Shown here piece after piece: positions 61,619-64,000 of a stretch of DNA of 64,000 nt. The notes under the pieces are model-generated. The model had not been told where the DNA came from, ran no database searches, and worked only from the letters and a program-made list of their open reading frames with translations. The position numbers were made by a program, and so were the translations under genes. How positions within the stretch are numbered: position 1 is the first letter of the stretch; each line of letters starts with the position of its first letter. Origin of the DNA: Gammaproteobacteria bacterium (lineage in GTDB: Bacteria > Pseudomonadota > Gammaproteobacteria > VBWC01); contig JAHFRU010000002.1 of assembly GCA_023266115.1 (NCBI GenBank), positions 58,228-122,227 on the forward strand. The letters run 5' to 3'.

Positions 61619-62200
61619 ATGGCACGTACTTCGTCCACGATGCTGGAGCTTGGAACAGTAGCCCTGCAATTTTCGTTAACCGAGCCGGCAACCGGGAAAC
61701 GGCGGTCGCTTGCGGAATTCCGCGGAGCGCCGGGTTTGCTGGTGATGTTTATCTGCAACCACTGTCCCTATGTTATGCATATACGGGCGGCGCTGGCGGA
61801 CTTCGCCCGGGAATACCACGACAAAGGTCTGGCGATTGTCGGGATAAATTCGAACGACGTTGCGAACTATCCGGATGACAGCCCCGAGAAAATGAAGCAG
61901 GAAGTCACGGCGACGGGTTATACGTTTCCCTATCTTTACGATGAGGCACAAAGTGTCGCCAGGGCCTATCGTGCGGCGTGCACACCGGATTTCTTTTTGT
62001 TCGATAGCTCGCTCAGGCTGGTCTATCGAGGTCAGTTCGATGACAGCCGGCCCCGCAACGGGCTGGTGGTGACCGGCGCCGATTTGCGGGCGGCTGCAGA
62101 TGCGCTGCTGGCCGGCCGCGTGATCAGCGCCGTCCAGACGCCCAGTCTCGGCTGTAACATCAAGTGGCAGCCGGGCAACGAACCGGATTACTACGGTTGA
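61619..62200 (+). CDS. Thioredoxin-fold (AhpC/TSA-like) protein
   Basis: FICNHCPYV, INSND..YPDDSP, AACTPDFF, YRGQFDDSRP, PSLGCNIKW; AAGGAG SD. Confidence 0.9.
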   Translation: MARTSSTMLELGTVALQFSLTEPATGKRRSLAEFRGAPGLLVMFICNHCPYVMHIRAALADFAREYHDKGLAIVGINSNDVANYPDDSPEKMKQEVTATGYTFPYLYDEAQSVARAYRAACTPDFFLFDSSLRLVYRGQFDDSRPRNGLVVTGADLRAAADALLAGRVISAVQTPSLGCNIKWQPGNEPDYYG

Positions 62201-62228
62201 TGCCGGCGTCGCAGGGGCGAAAACCGGT

Positions 62229-62750
62229 TTGGTTTTTGACTATTACGGGAAGTTGACGCGGCAGCAGCAGCGCGTCTACCAGGCCAGCGACGAGATCACG
62301 CTGGTTCGTCTGAACGACAGCGAATCGCTGATCCCCGTTGTGGCCGCGCTTGGCGCGGCCCTGCGCGCAGCGCATCGCGCCAATACACAAAAGGCCTGTC
62401 AGAAGCTGGCGCAGGCATTGTCGGACGATTTGAAGATACAGCGTCTGAACGTCCGGGTGCTGTCCGCGCGACCGCACGATAGCAACGGCGAGCTGCATGG
62501 GATGTACGAGCCGCGCCATGGCGTCAAACCGGGCAAGATAACGGTATGGATGCGCACGGCACGGCAGCAGCGCGTCGTGGCGTTCCGGACGTTTCTACAT
62601 GAGTTCGGCCACCATCTCGATTACGAGCTGCTAAAGCTCGCCGATTCATTCCACACCGAGGGATTCTTCAAGCGCGAATCGAGCCTGTTTCGCCAGCTGG
62701 TGCCACGCAAGAAGACCATCAGGAAACCGGTCCAGGGAAGCGCTGATTAA
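62229..62750 (+). CDS. Hypothetical protein with an HEXXH motif (zincin-like)
   Basis: ELHGMY, ITVWMRTA, FLHEFGHHLDY, SFHTEGF; TTG start uncertain. Confidence 0.7.
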   Translation: MVFDYYGKLTRQQQRVYQASDEITLVRLNDSESLIPVVAALGAALRAAHRANTQKACQKLAQALSDDLKIQRLNVRVLSARPHDSNGELHGMYEPRHGVKPGKITVWMRTARQQRVVAFRTFLHEFGHHLDYELLKLADSFHTEGFFKRESSLFRQLVPRKKTIRKPVQGSAD

Positions 62751-62759
62751 TTTCTTGTC

Positions 62760-62846
62760 CGTCATTCCCGTGCGAGCGGAAGCCCATCCACGGGCTCGTT
62801 CGCTGCGCGCAGGCTGCCTCTGTGAAAACCGGGGGCCGGAATGACG
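62760..62846. repeat. Degenerate extragenic palindromic element with CGTCATTCC...GGAATGACG ends
   Basis: Perfect 9-bp terminal inverted repeat enclosing an inner hairpin, between convergent genes. Confidence 0.5.
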
Positions 62847-62910
62847 ATGCATCAGAGGTTCCGTGGCGGCAGGTCGTTGCCGCAGGCGGCGCGGGAGGGT
62901 GGTGGCAACG

Positions 62911-63495
62911 CTAGTGCAGCGACGGTCGCCATTCGAGCGACTCGAGAATCTCCGCTTCGGCCCGGGCAATCTGATGCAGGCGATCGTAGACGGTGTTTTC
63001 GTCAAAGCACTCAAGTGCCATGTCGACGAATACATGGCCGTGTTTGGCCTCCGCTGCCCACAGGTCGCGGTAGAAATGCTTGAGATGCGTGTCCTGCAGT
63101 GCTGCTGAAATCAGGCGGAAACGCTCCGCGCCACGGCATTCGATGATGGACGCGAGCAGCAACTGGTCGAGAAAGCCCTCGTCCCGGCCATGGCGCCGCA
63201 GGGCCAGCAATTTATTCACGTAAGGATCGCGCGTATCCGGTATTGCCGCGACGCCGCGGCTTAACATGAGTTCGTAAACCTGGCGAAAATGTTCGAGCTC
63301 TTCCTGGGCCAGTTCAATGAGGCGCGGGATAATGCCGGTCCGGTCCGGATATTTGACGACCAGGCTCATCGCGAGCGCGGACGCCTTGCGTTCGCAGTTG
63401 GCGTGGTCCGCCAGGAACTCGTCAAAGTTGTTCAGAATGGTCGCAACCCATTCCGGCGCGGTTCGCACGTACAGGTCGATCGATTTTTTGGCCAC
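62911..63495 (-). CDS. miaE: tRNA-(ms2io6A37) hydroxylase, ferritin-like di-iron protein
   Basis: DHANCERKA, EELEHF, DPYV, IECRGAERF, FYRDL..AEAKH. Confidence 0.88.
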   Translation of the reverse strand: MAKKSIDLYVRTAPEWVATILNNFDEFLADHANCERKASALAMSLVVKYPDRTGIIPRLIELAQEELEHFRQVYELMLSRGVAAIPDTRDPYVNKLLALRRHGRDEGFLDQLLLASIIECRGAERFRLISAALQDTHLKHFYRDLWAAEAKHGHVFVDMALECFDENTVYDRLHQIARAEAEILESLEWRPSLH

Positions 63496-63736
63496 GTTAT
63501 TTGTTCCGGGATTGCCATGTTGAGCGCCCGCGCGGCGGGGACGCCGGTGTGCCGGGTGCCCGGCCTGGAATTATCGCCGAAAGGATACGCTGAATCAGCC
63601 GGTGAACGAGGGCAGGGGGTACGCAGTTACGCGACCCGCCTGTATATGAGCGCCCTGCGCACAGAATATTCCGGACCGGAGACCCGTGGTGGTGGTTTTA
63701 GATAAGCATGTTCCCGCTTGCCGGCGTGCAGCACGT

Positions 63737-64000
63737 TCATATCCATACCGGCATTGGACGAGTGCCGATGAGGCTGACGATGCCGCGGGCGATCCGGTAT
63801 ATCCACCACAACCCGACGCCGCCCCACAACACGTAGCCAATACCATAGTACAGCGAGCCGAAGCCCATCATACCGACAACGACCGATGCGATGAAGGTAC
63901 GAGCCAGCCACTCATGGTGACTGCGCAACGTCGTCACGGCTTGCGGAAGTGCCGCGACTTCGGACTCCGTAAGCTTTTTGAATTTACGGGTGTTGATCAG
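63737..64000 (-). CDS. Membrane protein (DUF4870-like), 5' part beyond the window
   Basis: Frame open to the window end; SHHEWLARTF...WWIYRIARG..L...PMP. Confidence 0.65.
   Translation of the reverse strand: MINTRKFKKLTESEVAALPQAVTTLRSHHEWLARTFIASVVVGMMGFGSLYYGIGYVLWGGVGLWWIYRIARGIVSLIGTRPMPVWI

Overview
Core-genome region of a GC-rich gammaproteobacterium (lineage not assignable from this window alone). Bases 1-26.1k hold a contiguous rpoB(partial)-rpoC-str-S10-spc-alpha transcription/translation cluster, including an rpmJ absent from the ORF track. It is followed by a DUF62 SAM-hydrolase-family gene, a frameshifted PerM/AI-2E transporter, bcp, dapA, a very short BamC-like lipoprotein, purC, purL, prfC and a DUF481 outer-membrane protein. 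Next is a complete phosphate island (phoB-phoR-pstS-porin-pstC-pstA-pstB-phoU) with three readable Pho boxes. An accessory stretch follows: ompA-family, mscL with a Cys4 tail, DUF853 ATPase, DUF3465, DUF4332, a YidB-like protein and an orphan OmpR-family regulator. The window ends with valS-holC-pepA / lptF-lptG, a redoxin, an HEXXH protein, miaE and a partial membrane protein. I saw no rRNA, tRNA, CRISPR array, transposase or integrase. Best candidates for new biology: (i) a general-type porin inside the pst operon plus an internal Pho-box promoter that appears to give a leaderless pstC transcript; (ii) a four-Cys zinc-type S4; (iii) inverted synonymous codon skew inside tuf; (iv) a minimal BamC; (v) an RBS-sequestering structured leader in the DUF cluster. 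All family calls are by motif recognition, not database search.
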